Assembly: GCA_050178385.1 (NCBI GenBank) | Contig: JBFXGD010000002.1 | Span: forward strand, 842 to 64,841 | Length of the DNA stretch: 64,000 bases | DNA from: Calditrichaceae bacterium | GTDB taxonomy: Bacteria; Calditrichota; Calditrichia; Calditrichales; JBFXGD01 | Direction: 5' to 3' | In this document: one piece after another, positions 36,262-45,942 of the stretch | How the letters are laid out: each line of letters opens with the position of its first letter | Numbering within the stretch: position 1 is the first letter of the stretch | Notes under the pieces: model-generated | What the model saw: the letters and a program-made list of their open reading frames with translations, nothing else | Database searches by the model: none | What the model was told of the DNA's origin: nothing | Translations under genes and position numbers: made by a program

Positions 36262-38023
36262 CGCACGGGTGATCAAAGACCGATCAAAATCGATCATAAA
36301 AGGTCTTGATATCCTTTTTTTGGTGGTAAGTCTGGGCGCCATCGCCAGTCTTATTGCACAGTATGGTTTTTATCTATCCATGACACTGGAACGATGGTTC
36401 GAACGCATGGATATATTAATCGTTCACTACTTTGTCCTCCACTATATTCTGAAACTGATATTTGTTCATGACAGGGTCGATTATCTTAAAAAGCACTGGT
36501 TTCAGGGAGTTCTGACCTTACTGATCATCTCGCAGACAGTTCTGATTATCAATACGCTGGGAATTGACTTAATTCAAAACTATTTTTCCAATTTGAATGT
36601 CACCGCAATCACAAAACTTACGATTGTGTCTGCTCAGGTAATTATTCTTCTTTCCGTTATCAGCGCGGCAATCCGTTACAACCGAAAGATCGCCTCTCTT
36701 AAATTTCATCCCGCCCAGACCATTTTGTTGAGCTTTTTGCTGGTAATTCTGGCGGGTACTATTTTATTGCAGATGCCAAGGGCAAGCGCATCGGGAGAAT
36801 CGATTGATTTTCTTGACGCGCTTTTCACTTCCACAAGCGCCACATGTGTGACTGGATTGATCGTTGTTGATACGGGAAGTTATTTTTCCTTAACCGGTCA
36901 AATAATTATCCTGATGCTAATTCAGATTGGCGGATTGGGTATCATGACACTTTCAAGTTTTCTGGCGATGTTTTTCGGCCAGGGTGTAGGGATCAGAGAA
37001 CGGGTTCTGCTTCAGGAGATGATGAATATCGACCGATTGGGAATGATAACGAAAAGTTTGCGAAATGCCGTTCTCATCACTTTCTCGTTTGAAGCAATAG
37101 GAGCGTTCATACTTTTCTTTTCCTGGAATCATCCGGATTGGTTGTTGGGTGAGAGGATTTATCATTCTGTTTTTCATTCAATTTCAGCTTTCTGCAATGC
37201 GGGATTTTCTCTGAATTCTGATTCTCTTATGGGATACAGTCATAATTACCCGGTTTTGCTGACGATTGCCGCTCTGATAATCTTTGGAGGGCTGGGATTT
37301 GTTGTAATTATGGAACTGGGTGGCGCGCGCGTATTAAGCGGAAAAAAAGTGACAAAAAGTAAAAAATGGTCAGTTCAGACGAAACTGGTTGTCCTTATTA
37401 CGACTATTTTACTCGCAGGCGGAACAATAGTTATATTTCTGCTTGAAAGCAACAGCGGTTCACCCGGAGACAGGTTAATGCAGGCATTCTTCAGTTCGGT
37501 AACAGCCCGCACAGCCGGTTTCAATACGGTGGATTTTGCCCGGTTATCCATGCCGGCGACATTGCTGATTTTGATATTGATGTTCATCGGAGCTTCACCG
37601 GGATCAACGGGTGGCGGGATAAAAACAACAACGCTTGGAGTGTTATTCGGAAGCTTGTATTCCATTATAACCGGTCAGAATAAAATTAAAATGTTCCGCC
37701 GGAATATTTCATATACGGTGCTGAACAGAGCCCTGGTGGTTTTTGCGTTTTCGATAACAGTGATTGCCGTCTCGACTTTTTTTCTTTCAATCACGGAAAA
37801 CGCGGAATATCTTGATATTTTATTTGAGGAAATCTCTGCTTTTGGCACGGTGGGACTTTCAAGGGGTTTAACACCAAATTTGTCGGGGTGGGGAAGATTC
37901 ATTATTATTCTGACAATGTTTATCGGGAGAATAGGACCGTTAACACTGGCATTTGCTATTACCACTCCAAAAGAAAATCAAAAAATTGAATATCCTGCCG
38001 AACGAAATATTATGGTAGGATAG
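36194..38023 (+). CDS. trkH: TrkH/KtrB-family K+ transporter subunit with an extra ~150-aa four-helix N-terminal extension
   Basis: Four repeated pore-loop signatures typical of TrkH/KtrB: TSATCVTGL, FCNAGFS, VTARTAGFN, FGTVGLS. The ORF-track start at 36194 overlaps the BamA-like gene by 68 nt. An in-frame GTG at 36269, just past that gene's stop, is an alternative start. Confidence 0.85.
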   Translation: MVLDGVTVSAKVKYILALLTGFNARVIKDRSKSIIKGLDILFLVVSLGAIASLIAQYGFYLSMTLERWFERMDILIVHYFVLHYILKLIFVHDRVDYLKKHWFQGVLTLLIISQTVLIINTLGIDLIQNYFSNLNVTAITKLTIVSAQVIILLSVISAAIRYNRKIASLKFHPAQTILLSFLLVILAGTILLQMPRASASGESIDFLDALFTSTSATCVTGLIVVDTGSYFSLTGQIIILMLIQIGGLGIMTLSSFLAMFFGQGVGIRERVLLQEMMNIDRLGMITKSLRNAVLITFSFEAIGAFILFFSWNHPDWLLGERIYHSVFHSISAFCNAGFSLNSDSLMGYSHNYPVLLTIAALIIFGGLGFVVIMELGGARVLSGKKVTKSKKWSVQTKLVVLITTILLAGGTIVIFLLESNSGSPGDRLMQAFFSSVTARTAGFNTVDFARLSMPATLLILILMFIGASPGSTGGGIKTTTLGVLFGSLYSIITGQNKIKMFRRNISYTVLNRALVVFAFSITVIAVSTFFLSITENAEYLDILFEEISAFGTVGLSRGLTPNLSGWGRFIIILTMFIGRIGPLTLAFAITTPKENQKIEYPAERNIMVG

Positions 38024-38034
38024 AGGAGATAATT

Positions 38035-38715
38035 ATGGATAAATATTTAATTGTCGGTCTGGGTGTCTTCGGGAAAGAACTGGCTACGAATTTAATTGAA
38101 AAAGGCGCCGAGGTGATTGGCGTGGATAAAAGCATGAATCTTGTTGAAGAAATGCAGGATATGGTCACTTACGCGGTAAAACTGGATGCCACGGACGAAT
38201 CCGCCTTATCCGCGCTTGGCGTAAGTGATATTGATGTGGCCGTCGTGTGCATAGGCGAGCATTTTGAATCGAATCTGCTGGCCGCTGTCAATCTTAAACA
38301 GCTTGGGGTAAAGAAGGTGATTGCCCGGGCATCTGACCCGGTTCATGTCAAAATTCTTAGAGCTGTCGGTGTGGATATGATCATCACTCCGGAAGTTGAA
38401 GCGGCGGAGAAGCTATCTTACCGCCTGATGCATAAAGGCTTGATTGACATTACCTTTATTGGTGACGGTAATGCGGCTGCCAAGGTGACAGCTCCTAAGG
38501 TATTTGTAGGCAAATCACTCGCTCAGATTGCATTGCGGGTGAAGTACGGCGTAAATCTGATAGCAATTCAGTCTCCGCAAAAGGAGAATATAGATGGAAA
38601 ATATCAGCCGACTGCCACTAATAATAATCCCGCGGCGGATACGATAATCAGGGAAGGAGACATCATGGTTGTCATCGGGAGAAACCGTGATTTGCAAAAT
38701 TTGACCAAATTATAG
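38035..38715 (+). CDS. trkA: TrkA/KtrA RCK-domain K+ uptake regulatory subunit
   Basis: Rossmann IVGLGVFGKELA (TrkA_N), plus a C-terminal TrkA_C-like segment (L....I....YGVNLIAI......G.....I.EGD.MVVIG). Confidence 0.88.
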   Translation: MDKYLIVGLGVFGKELATNLIEKGAEVIGVDKSMNLVEEMQDMVTYAVKLDATDESALSALGVSDIDVAVVCIGEHFESNLLAAVNLKQLGVKKVIARASDPVHVKILRAVGVDMIITPEVEAAEKLSYRLMHKGLIDITFIGDGNAAAKVTAPKVFVGKSLAQIALRVKYGVNLIAIQSPQKENIDGKYQPTATNNNPAADTIIREGDIMVVIGRNRDLQNLTKL

Positions 38716-38765
38716 CTGCCGAAACGGAATAAATGATTTAAATCTGTTTTAAAGTGTATTTTTTC

Positions 38766-38794
38766 TTGACATTAATGGCCTTGTGAAATATATT
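38766..38794 (+). promoter_or_regulatory. Sigma-70-type promoter of tRNA-Arg
   Basis: TTGACA (38766-38771), a 17-nt spacer, then TATATT (38789-38794). It lies ~20 nt upstream of the tRNA 5' end. Confidence 0.7.
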
Positions 38795-38814
38795 TCGCCT
38801 CCGTGTAAAATCAT

Positions 38815-38888
38815 GCGCCTGTAGCTCAATTGGATAGAGCGTTGGATTCCGGTTCCAAAGGTTGGGGGTTCGATTCCCTCCAGGCGTA
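38815..38888 (+). tRNA. tRNA-Arg (anticodon CCG)
   Basis: Hand-folded cloverleaf: acceptor GCGCCTG/CAGGCGT (G1-U72 wobble), D-arm GCTC..GAGC, anticodon stem TTGGA/TCCAA with loop TTCCGGT, T-arm GGGGG-TTCGATT-CCCTC, discriminator A. 74 nt, with no encoded CCA. Confidence 0.9.
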
Positions 38889-39028
38889 CTTTATATGAGT
38901 AAAATTAGTAACTGTGAAAGAGTCCCGAATTTAAATGCTTGACATCATGCCGAAGTTATTGTCCGGTTTTTTATCTTTCCAAACAGGATTTTTCACAATT
39001 ATAATATTTGTAATAAATTGGGGATGTT

Positions 39029-40459
39029 ATGGCTGAGAAGGTCACACCGAGAGATGTAGATTATTCACGCTGGTATACAGACGTTGTATTACAGGCAAAA
39101 CTGGCTGACTATTCACCGGTAAAAGGCGCTATGGTAATACGGCCCAACGGATATGCTATTTGGGAAATGATCCAGAGCAATCTGGATAAAATGTTCAAGG
39201 ATTCAGGACATGTGAATGCATATTTTCCGCTTCTGATACCCGAAAGCTTTATGAAGAAAGAAGCAGAGCATGTGGAGGGATTCGCCCCTGAGTGCGCGGT
39301 TGTGACCCACGGCGGTGGACAGGAGTTGGAAGAAAAATTATATATCCGGCCAACTTCGGAGACCATGATCTGGAGTATGTACAAAAAATGGATCATGAGT
39401 TACAGGGATTTGCCGATCCTGATAAATCAGTGGGCAAATGTGATGCGCTGGGAGCTTCGCACACGGTTATTCCTCAGAACATCCGAATTTCTTTGGCAGG
39501 AAGGTCATACCGCTCATGAAACCTATGATGAGGCGGAAGAAGAGGCACTAAAACTGCTCGAAATTTACCGGACTTTTTCAGAAGAATTTTTAGCGATACC
39601 TGTGATTCCGGGTAAAAAATCTGATTCCGAAAAGTTTGCCGGCGCGCTTCATACTTATTGCATCGAATCGATGATGCAGGACCGCAAGGCGCTTCAGGCG
39701 GGGACATCCCACCATCTGGGACAAAATTTTGCGAAAGCATTTGATGTGCAGTATCAGGACAGAGAAGGCAAACTAAATTATGTTTGGGCCACATCATGGG
39801 GAGTGAGCACAAGATTAATCGGCGCGCTAATCATGACTCACAGTGATGACCGTGGGGTTGTTATACCGCCGCGTGTCGCTCAGCGGCCCATCGTGATTGT
39901 TCCGATCTGGCGTGGAGATGATCAGAAAAAAGTTGTTCTTGATTATGCCGATTCAGTCTATAAAGAGTTAAAGACAAAACATAATGTAATATTTGATGAC
40001 CGGGATCAGTATAAACCGGGATATAAATTTGCCGACTGGGAACTGCAGGGAATTCCTATCCGGCTCGAGATCGGTCCCAAGGATGTGGATAATAATCAGA
40101 TGGTCATGGTTCGCAGGGATACGCTCGAGAAAAAGAACGTGAAAAGGGATGGTATTCTGGAACTGGTAACGTCAGAATTAGAGAAAATGCAGAAAGAATT
40201 ATTGGAGCGGGCAAGGAATTTTCAGAATGAGAATACGTTTGAAATTGATAATTATGACCGGTTCAAAGACGTGATCGCGAAGGACGGGGGATTCATCAGA
40301 AGTCATTGGTGTGGAAGCCCTGAGTGCGAATCAAAAGTAAAGGATGATACGAAAGCGACGCTTAGATGTATCCCGTTTGATCAGAAAAAAGAAAAGGGCA
40401 AATGCGTAATTTGCGGTAAAGATTCAAATGGACGTGTTATATTCGCGAAGGCATATTGA
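39029..40459 (+). CDS. proS: Prolyl-tRNA synthetase (archaeal/eukaryote-type, no INS editing domain)
   Basis: 476 aa. Class II motifs ([43 protein letters not shown]). C-terminal zinc-binding tail (CG..EC......C..C). Confidence 0.93.
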   Translation: MAEKVTPRDVDYSRWYTDVVLQAKLADYSPVKGAMVIRPNGYAIWEMIQSNLDKMFKDSGHVNAYFPLLIPESFMKKEAEHVEGFAPECAVVTHGGGQELEEKLYIRPTSETMIWSMYKKWIMSYRDLPILINQWANVMRWELRTRLFLRTSEFLWQEGHTAHETYDEAEEEALKLLEIYRTFSEEFLAIPVIPGKKSDSEKFAGALHTYCIESMMQDRKALQAGTSHHLGQNFAKAFDVQYQDREGKLNYVWATSWGVSTRLIGALIMTHSDDRGVVIPPRVAQRPIVIVPIWRGDDQKKVVLDYADSVYKELKTKHNVIFDDRDQYKPGYKFADWELQGIPIRLEIGPKDVDNNQMVMVRRDTLEKKNVKRDGILELVTSELEKMQKELLERARNFQNENTFEIDNYDRFKDVIAKDGGFIRSHWCGSPECESKVKDDTKATLRCIPFDQKKEKGKCVICGKDSNGRVIFAKAY

Positions 40460-40545
40460 GAAATTTTTGCATTGTCCGGAAACCTGAAGGACGTTTTTGG
40501 AGTAGATTTTATAAAATCTGATATTTATCGAAATAAAGAAGAAAT

Positions 40546-41376
40546 ATGAATAACTACAAGTCTTTTGGTTTTGGCCCGGGTGGTGTTCTGCCACCGGCCG
40601 TAAAGAATATCGTCTTCCTCAATGGTGTGGTGTTTTTAATGCAGTTCATAAATCCGGGACTTAACAGTGTTCTGGTTAAAAATTTCGCGCTTGATCCATA
40701 CGGTGTGCTGCACCAATTCAAAATATGGCAATTAGTAACATATATGTTTCTGCATGGCGGGTTCTGGCATGTTTTTTTCAATATGTTCATCTTTTGGATG
40801 TTCGGAGCGGAACTGGAACGGGAATGGGGTACGAGGGAATTTTTAAAGTACTATTTTTTGACGGGAATCGGAGCGGGTTTAACGGTAATTTTACTATCCA
40901 ATGCTCCGACAATCGGCGCCTCGGGCGCGGTTTACGGTATCATGGTTGCATATGCATTAAGGTATCCGGACCGGATGATATATATATACTTTCTTTTTCC
41001 GGTTAAAGTTAAATATTTCATGGCGTTTCTTGCTCTGGTCTCTTTCTTTTCGACGGTTGGGCCGGCCACGGATGGGATTGCTCACGCTGCGCATCTCGGC
41101 GGAATGCTGATCGGATTTGTGTATTTGAAATACTGGTATCTGTTTTATAAAATTAAAGGCAGCCTTAATTCTATAACAAAAAAAGCCACTCATAACGCAG
41201 ATATGAAATTTACAAAAGGCGGTTCAGATAAAACCCAGTATTACAGACAAGTATTGGATGATTTGCTGGATAAAATGAATCGGGTCGGATTTATGAATCT
41301 GACCGAAGAGGAGAGGAAACTGCTTGATGAGAGCAGTAAATATCTCCGCGAACATGATGAAGGAAATTATAATTAA
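40546..41376 (+). CDS. Rhomboid family intramembrane serine protease with a cytoplasmic C-terminal extension
   Basis: Motifs W.L.T..F.H.G..H...NM, catalytic GASGAVYG, and AHLGG. Confidence 0.88.
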   Translation: MNNYKSFGFGPGGVLPPAVKNIVFLNGVVFLMQFINPGLNSVLVKNFALDPYGVLHQFKIWQLVTYMFLHGGFWHVFFNMFIFWMFGAELEREWGTREFLKYYFLTGIGAGLTVILLSNAPTIGASGAVYGIMVAYALRYPDRMIYIYFLFPVKVKYFMAFLALVSFFSTVGPATDGIAHAAHLGGMLIGFVYLKYWYLFYKIKGSLNSITKKATHNADMKFTKGGSDKTQYYRQVLDDLLDKMNRVGFMNLTEEERKLLDESSKYLREHDEGNYN

Positions 41377-41409
41377 TAACAGATCAGTCTTTCAAGGGAG
41401 GCTATCTCA

Positions 41410-41646
41410 ATGGCTTACTTCGAGAATTTGCGATGTAGCGCTGAAGATTGTCATTACAATCATGATATGTTATGTTATCGGGAATCAATCACGCTGGACT
41501 TAAACGGAACGTGTGAGGACATGACGGATTGCGAGGATTTTGAATGTCATGATTGTGAGTTTTTTGATTTTTGCAAAAAAGAGAAAAAATTCAATTCCGC
41601 TGCATTCACGGGGAACGAGGATTATTACAACGAAGACGAATATTGA
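41410..41646 (+). CDS. Small Cys-rich acidic protein (DUF1540-like)
   Basis: 78 aa. LRCSAEDCHYNHDMLCYRESITL resembles the DUF1540 C-x2-C-x-N...C motif. Very acidic tail. AGGGAGG RBS upstream. Confidence 0.5.
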   Translation: MAYFENLRCSAEDCHYNHDMLCYRESITLDLNGTCEDMTDCEDFECHDCEFFDFCKKEKKFNSAAFTGNEDYYNEDEY

Positions 41647-41666
41647 TCCCCGTCCTTATTTAAATT

Positions 41667-41698
41667 GAAAAGCCCGGCAATCACCGGGCTTTTTTTTT
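41667..41698. terminator. Bidirectional intrinsic terminator between convergent genes
   Basis: AGCCCGG / CCGGGCT 7-bp stem (41671-41677 and 41684-41690), flanked by an A4 run upstream and a T8 run downstream. It overlaps the stop of the minus-strand GNAT-like gene. Confidence 0.8.
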
Positions 41699-42824
41699 AC
41701 AAGGGAAATGAGTATATCCTGTATTTTTTATAAATTTTGGACCCAACAGCTTCTATCGCTCTGTTCATGGCGTTGTTATCCTCCAGTATCCAGGACATTT
41801 CACCCGCCTGATAGCCCAATTTTCTGGCTCTGCGTATAGATTCAATATAAAAGATGGAGCCTAATCCAATAAACTGATACTCTTTTTTTACTCCGAGTAT
41901 CACGACGCGGACGGTTTTTATCTTTTTTAGACCGGCAAGAAGTTTAAATATTCCGGTCGGCAGCAACCGGCCATTGGGGATCCTGGCTAAAATTTCATTA
42001 ATATTGGGGAGTGTGACACTAAATCCTATGGGTTCGCCGTTTTTCTCGGCCAGAAGGAGAAGATTCTCATCCGCGATGTCCTTTAAATCCGCCGCTACAT
42101 GGTTTATCTCCTCATCCGTGAAAGGAACAAAACCCCAGTTTTCACTCCAGGCGTTGTTGTATATTTCTTTGACCAGTTTGATCTCATTTTTTAGATCTTT
42201 TACCTTCAGATTACGGATTTTCAGGTCATATTTTTTAATGATTTTGTCGGAAACTCTTACCATTTTTTCGGTGATGTTTTTTTCCGCTTCCTCGGTTGTA
42301 ATTATCCAGGCGTAAAGATCTTTGGCTTTAACATTTCCGAAGCCCTCAACAATCCCGGGATAATAATCCGGATTGTGAGTCATCATTAAATATGGAGGTG
42401 TATCAAAACCCTCAATCAGAAGTCCCGCCTCGTCATTTGTGGATGGGTTCATGGGGCCGATCATCACATCACGTTTTTTCCCTTTAAGCCATTCCGCGGC
42501 AGCCCTGAAGAGGGCATTTGCGGTGTCCTGGTCATTGATACAATCAAAGAAGCCCCAGAATCCTGTTTTATCATTATGAAAATCGTTATAGTTCTGGTTT
42601 GTGATGGCCGCGATACGCCCGACAATTTTCCCGTTTTTGTGAGCCAGAAACATTTCAATTTCGGAGTGTAAAAAAAATGGATTCTTTTTAGGATTCAGCA
42701 AATCTTTTCTTGCCAGTTTTAGAGGACTAACCCAGTTGGGAGTTTCCCGGTTTGCCTCCCATTCAAAATTGATAAAGCTGCTTTTTTCTTTTGCGGATCG
42801 GACAGGTTCGACTCTTACTTCCAT
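41697..42824 (-). CDS. GNAT-fold-like N-acyltransferase (375 aa); candidate bacterial ceramide synthase-type enzyme
   Basis: Two-lobed acyl-CoA N-acyltransferase-like sequence; the C-terminal half (VVILGVKKEYQFIGLGSIFY...RKLGY) is a GNAT motif A-like segment. It lies 21 nt downstream of, and is co-oriented with, the Spt-like gene. Confidence 0.5.
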   Translation of the reverse strand: MEVRVEPVRSAKEKSSFINFEWEANRETPNWVSPLKLARKDLLNPKKNPFFLHSEIEMFLAHKNGKIVGRIAAITNQNYNDFHNDKTGFWGFFDCINDQDTANALFRAAAEWLKGKKRDVMIGPMNPSTNDEAGLLIEGFDTPPYLMMTHNPDYYPGIVEGFGNVKAKDLYAWIITTEEAEKNITEKMVRVSDKIIKKYDLKIRNLKVKDLKNEIKLVKEIYNNAWSENWGFVPFTDEEINHVAADLKDIADENLLLLAEKNGEPIGFSVTLPNINEILARIPNGRLLPTGIFKLLAGLKKIKTVRVVILGVKKEYQFIGLGSIFYIESIRRARKLGYQAGEMSWILEDNNAMNRAIEAVGSKIYKKYRIYSFPL

Positions 42825-42845
42825 ATTTTATCCTCGCTTAAAGAA

Positions 42846-44033
42846 TTATATGATTCCTATTTCTTTGCCGATTCTTTTCATAATTTCAAGAACCTGTTCC
42901 AGATCTTCATCAGAATGACTCGACATGAAGCTTGTTCTCAGGAGCGCCTGGTCAGGCGGCACCGCCGGGCTGATAACCGCGTTGGCAAATACACCCGCAT
43001 CAAATAGTTTCCGCCAGAAATAGAATGTTTTTTCATCATTCCGCACAAAAATAGGAATAATCGGCGTATCATTACTTACACCCGTATCAAAACCAATAGA
43101 TTTAAATTCTTTACGCATAAAAGACGCAATGTATTGAAGTCTTTGTAAATGTTCCGGTTCACTCTTAATGATGTCGATCGCTTTCATCACCGAAGCGGTT
43201 GCAGCCGGAGTCGGCGATGCGCTGAAAATTAACGGACTGGCTTTATGTTTCATATAACTGATTACTTCTTCGCTCCCGGCAATAAATCCGCCTATGGAAG
43301 CGAGTGATTTACTGAATGTACTCATGACAATATCCACATCATCTTCAAATCCGAGATGTTCGCAACTGCCTCTTCCGTTTTTTCCGAGTACGCCTACACC
43401 ATGGGCTTCGTCAATATAAACCCGCGCGTTATATTTTTTTGCGATTTTAACTAATTTAGCCAGGTTGACAAGATCGCCTTCCATACTGAAAACCCCGTCA
43501 CTGACGATCAACTTACCCTTTTCAGGTTCGAGACGCGAAATAACCCGTTCCAGATCTTCCATATCATTATGACGGTATCTCTTTATGGTGGCGCCCAGAG
43601 CGGCGATTGTTCCGGCATAAATTGATGCGTGATCCGCCTTATCCATGATAATATAATCATCTTTCCCCGCAAGGGTAGAGATGGCCCCCAGATTTGTCAT
43701 ATAGCCGGTGCTGAAAATGAGCGCGGCTTCACGTTTCATAAACCCGGCGATTTTCTGTTCCAGTTCAATATGCATATCAAGCGTGCCGTTTAAAAAACGT
43801 GAACCTGAACAACTGGTACCATATTTTTTAGTGGCTTCAATCGCGGCTTCGATTACACGGGGATCCTGGGTAAGCCCAAGATAATTGTTTGAACCAATCA
43901 TGATCACTTCATGTCCGTCCATGCGAACTCTCGGTCCGTCATTTCCGGAAAGAGGTATAAAGTAGGGATAAATCCCAGCGTCAATAGTTTCTTTTGCGCG
44001 TGTGAAATTTTTGCATTTAGTAAATATATCCAA
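42846..44033 (-). CDS. spt: Alpha-oxoamine synthase family PLP enzyme, serine palmitoyltransferase-like
   Basis: GSNNYLGL, SGSRFLNGT...H..LE, DEAHG, and the PLP-Lys context STFSKSLASIGG. The N-terminus (F.....DAGIYPYF.PL) is Spt-like rather than BioF-like. TTG start after GGAGG. Confidence 0.7.
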   Translation of the reverse strand: MDIFTKCKNFTRAKETIDAGIYPYFIPLSGNDGPRVRMDGHEVIMIGSNNYLGLTQDPRVIEAAIEATKKYGTSCSGSRFLNGTLDMHIELEQKIAGFMKREAALIFSTGYMTNLGAISTLAGKDDYIIMDKADHASIYAGTIAALGATIKRYRHNDMEDLERVISRLEPEKGKLIVSDGVFSMEGDLVNLAKLVKIAKKYNARVYIDEAHGVGVLGKNGRGSCEHLGFEDDVDIVMSTFSKSLASIGGFIAGSEEVISYMKHKASPLIFSASPTPAATASVMKAIDIIKSEPEHLQRLQYIASFMRKEFKSIGFDTGVSNDTPIIPIFVRNDEKTFYFWRKLFDAGVFANAVISPAVPPDQALLRTSFMSSHSDEDLEQVLEIMKRIGKEIGII

Positions 44034-44229
44034 TCATCCTCCAGGGGAAAATAAATTTACAAATTAGGATATCAGGATTTTTAAAGTCCTTTTAATAAAT
44101 AAAAAATAATAAATTAACGACAGTAAAAAGTTTGCGAAATTTAATAAACTTTTTTAAAATATGCTAATTATTTTATGTGAACGAAGCTGTAAAATTATAA
44201 AAAACAATAAATTGAAAAGAAAGTTCTTA

Positions 44230-45210
44230 ATGAAGATATTATTGACAGGCGCGACAGGGTTTATCGGCAGCTTCCTTGCTGAATCGTTGCTGAACAGGGG
44301 ATATGAGGTTCGTTGTCTCGTTCGAAGCACTAGTAACCTGCGGTGGATCGCGGATCTTGACGTTGAATGTTTTTACGGAAGTCTCAATGATCGGAAGTCG
44401 CTCGCGGATGCGATAAAAGACGTGGATTATGTTTATCATATTGCCGGTGTGACAAAAGCGGATAATGAAGAGAAGTTTTACCGGGGTAATTATGAAGGCA
44501 CAAAAAATCTGATTGACGCCGTTATAAATTCGAAGCACAAAATTAAGCGCTTTCTGATGGTGAGTTCGCAGGCTGCCTCCGGACCAAGCCCAACAATCAG
44601 CCCGGTTAATGAATCGGTTGAGCCTAAGCCCATCACATTTTATGGCAAAAGCAAGCTGGCAGCAGAGAGATATGTGATGGGACTCAGCAAAAAGGCGCCG
44701 GTAACTGTCGTTAGGCCCCCGGTCGTATACGGTCCTCGTGACACTGATGTGCTCGAAATGTTTAAAACCGCGAAAATGCGCCTGATCCCGCAGTTGGGCG
44801 GCAGGGAAAAATATTTTAGTCTGATTCACGCAAAAGATCTGGTGAGAGGTATCATTCTTGCCGCGGAAAACAAAAAATCCTTAGGTAAGATATACTTTCT
44901 GGCGAATTCAAAACCGGTCAGCGCGGATGAATTTGCGCGGATTATATTGGATTTGCTCGGGAAAAGAGGCATCCGGGTCAGTATTCCCATGCCGGTAATG
45001 AAATTGATCGCGACAATCTCCGAGGCCTACGCGAAATTTTCAGGGAAAAACACGATTCTCAACCGTCAGAAGATTCTTGAAATGGAACCGGATTTTTGGG
45101 TATGCAGCACTAAAAAAGCAAAGGAAGATTTTGGTTTTGAAGCTGAAATATCCCTGGAAGAAGGTATTCGGGAGACATTGAGCTGGTATGTCAGAAACAA
45201 CTGGTTATAA
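44230..45210 (+). CDS. NAD-dependent epimerase/dehydratase-family SDR; candidate ceramide/3-ketosphinganine reductase
   Basis: MKILLTGATGFIGS Rossmann start; I use this internal Met rather than the ORF-track start at 44161. Catalytic YGKSK. Divergent from the Spt-like gene across a 196-bp AT-rich spacer. Confidence 0.75.
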   Translation: MKILLTGATGFIGSFLAESLLNRGYEVRCLVRSTSNLRWIADLDVECFYGSLNDRKSLADAIKDVDYVYHIAGVTKADNEEKFYRGNYEGTKNLIDAVINSKHKIKRFLMVSSQAASGPSPTISPVNESVEPKPITFYGKSKLAAERYVMGLSKKAPVTVVRPPVVYGPRDTDVLEMFKTAKMRLIPQLGGREKYFSLIHAKDLVRGIILAAENKKSLGKIYFLANSKPVSADEFARIILDLLGKRGIRVSIPMPVMKLIATISEAYAKFSGKNTILNRQKILEMEPDFWVCSTKKAKEDFGFEAEISLEEGIRETLSWYVRNNWL

Positions 45211-45940
45211 TAAAAACTGGTACAAAGAATGGTTCGGTGAAGATTACCTGACCGTCTATGAACACCGTGACCAGGATGACGCGCTGAAATTAGTGGATCT
45301 AATCTTTAGAGAAGCCCCTATTAATCTCCAAAGCAGAATCCTCGATGTGGCGTGCGGTAACGGACGCCATTCGTATTTACTCGGGGATCAGTCATACAAA
45401 GTTTTCGGTGTGGACCTGTCGGCGCATCTTCTCCAAGAAGCCAAAAACCGGCAGACCGGGGGAACTTATCCTTCATTTGTACAGGCAGATATGCGCTATT
45501 TGCCGTTTCACCCGCAATATTTTGATATTATTTTTAGTTTGTTTACATCGTTCGGTTATTTTGAAAAAGACCGGACAAATCAATCCGTAGCTATGGAGCT
45601 GTCCAGGGTCTTAAAGAAAGATGGCTATTTTGTGATCGATTATTTAAATCCTGACTATGTTGTCGCCAATTTAAAGCCTCACGGACACCGAAAAGCGGGT
45701 GATCTTGAAATTGAAGAGGAACGCTGGGTTGATGAAAAAAGGGTCTATAAAAAAATTACGATTAATAAAAATGCCGGAAACAAGGTGTTTTATGAATCTG
45801 TCCGGTTGTATTCACCGGAAGAGATGACGAAAATTCTGGGCACAGCCGGTATTCTTGTCGAAAAACTATTTGGAGAGTATGACGGCAGCGTCTATCATCC
45901 GCGCTCGAGCCGAATGATCATATTTGGAAAGAAAGATTAA
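45188..45940 (+). CDS. Class I SAM-dependent methyltransferase
   Basis: Motif I ILDVACGNGRH. Post-I VFGVDLS. Motif II/III FDIIFSLFTSFGYF. Overlaps the preceding SDR gene by 23 nt. Confidence 0.85.
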   Translation: MSETTGYNKNWYKEWFGEDYLTVYEHRDQDDALKLVDLIFREAPINLQSRILDVACGNGRHSYLLGDQSYKVFGVDLSAHLLQEAKNRQTGGTYPSFVQADMRYLPFHPQYFDIIFSLFTSFGYFEKDRTNQSVAMELSRVLKKDGYFVIDYLNPDYVVANLKPHGHRKAGDLEIEEERWVDEKRVYKKITINKNAGNKVFYESVRLYSPEEMTKILGTAGILVEKLFGEYDGSVYHPRSSRMIIFGKKD

Positions 45941-45942
45941 AT

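Noticed and set aside
44239-44829. A 196-aa minus-strand ORF opposite the SDR gene.
   Set aside because: It lies wholly within the Rossmann/YxxxK SDR coding frame and has no motifs of its own.
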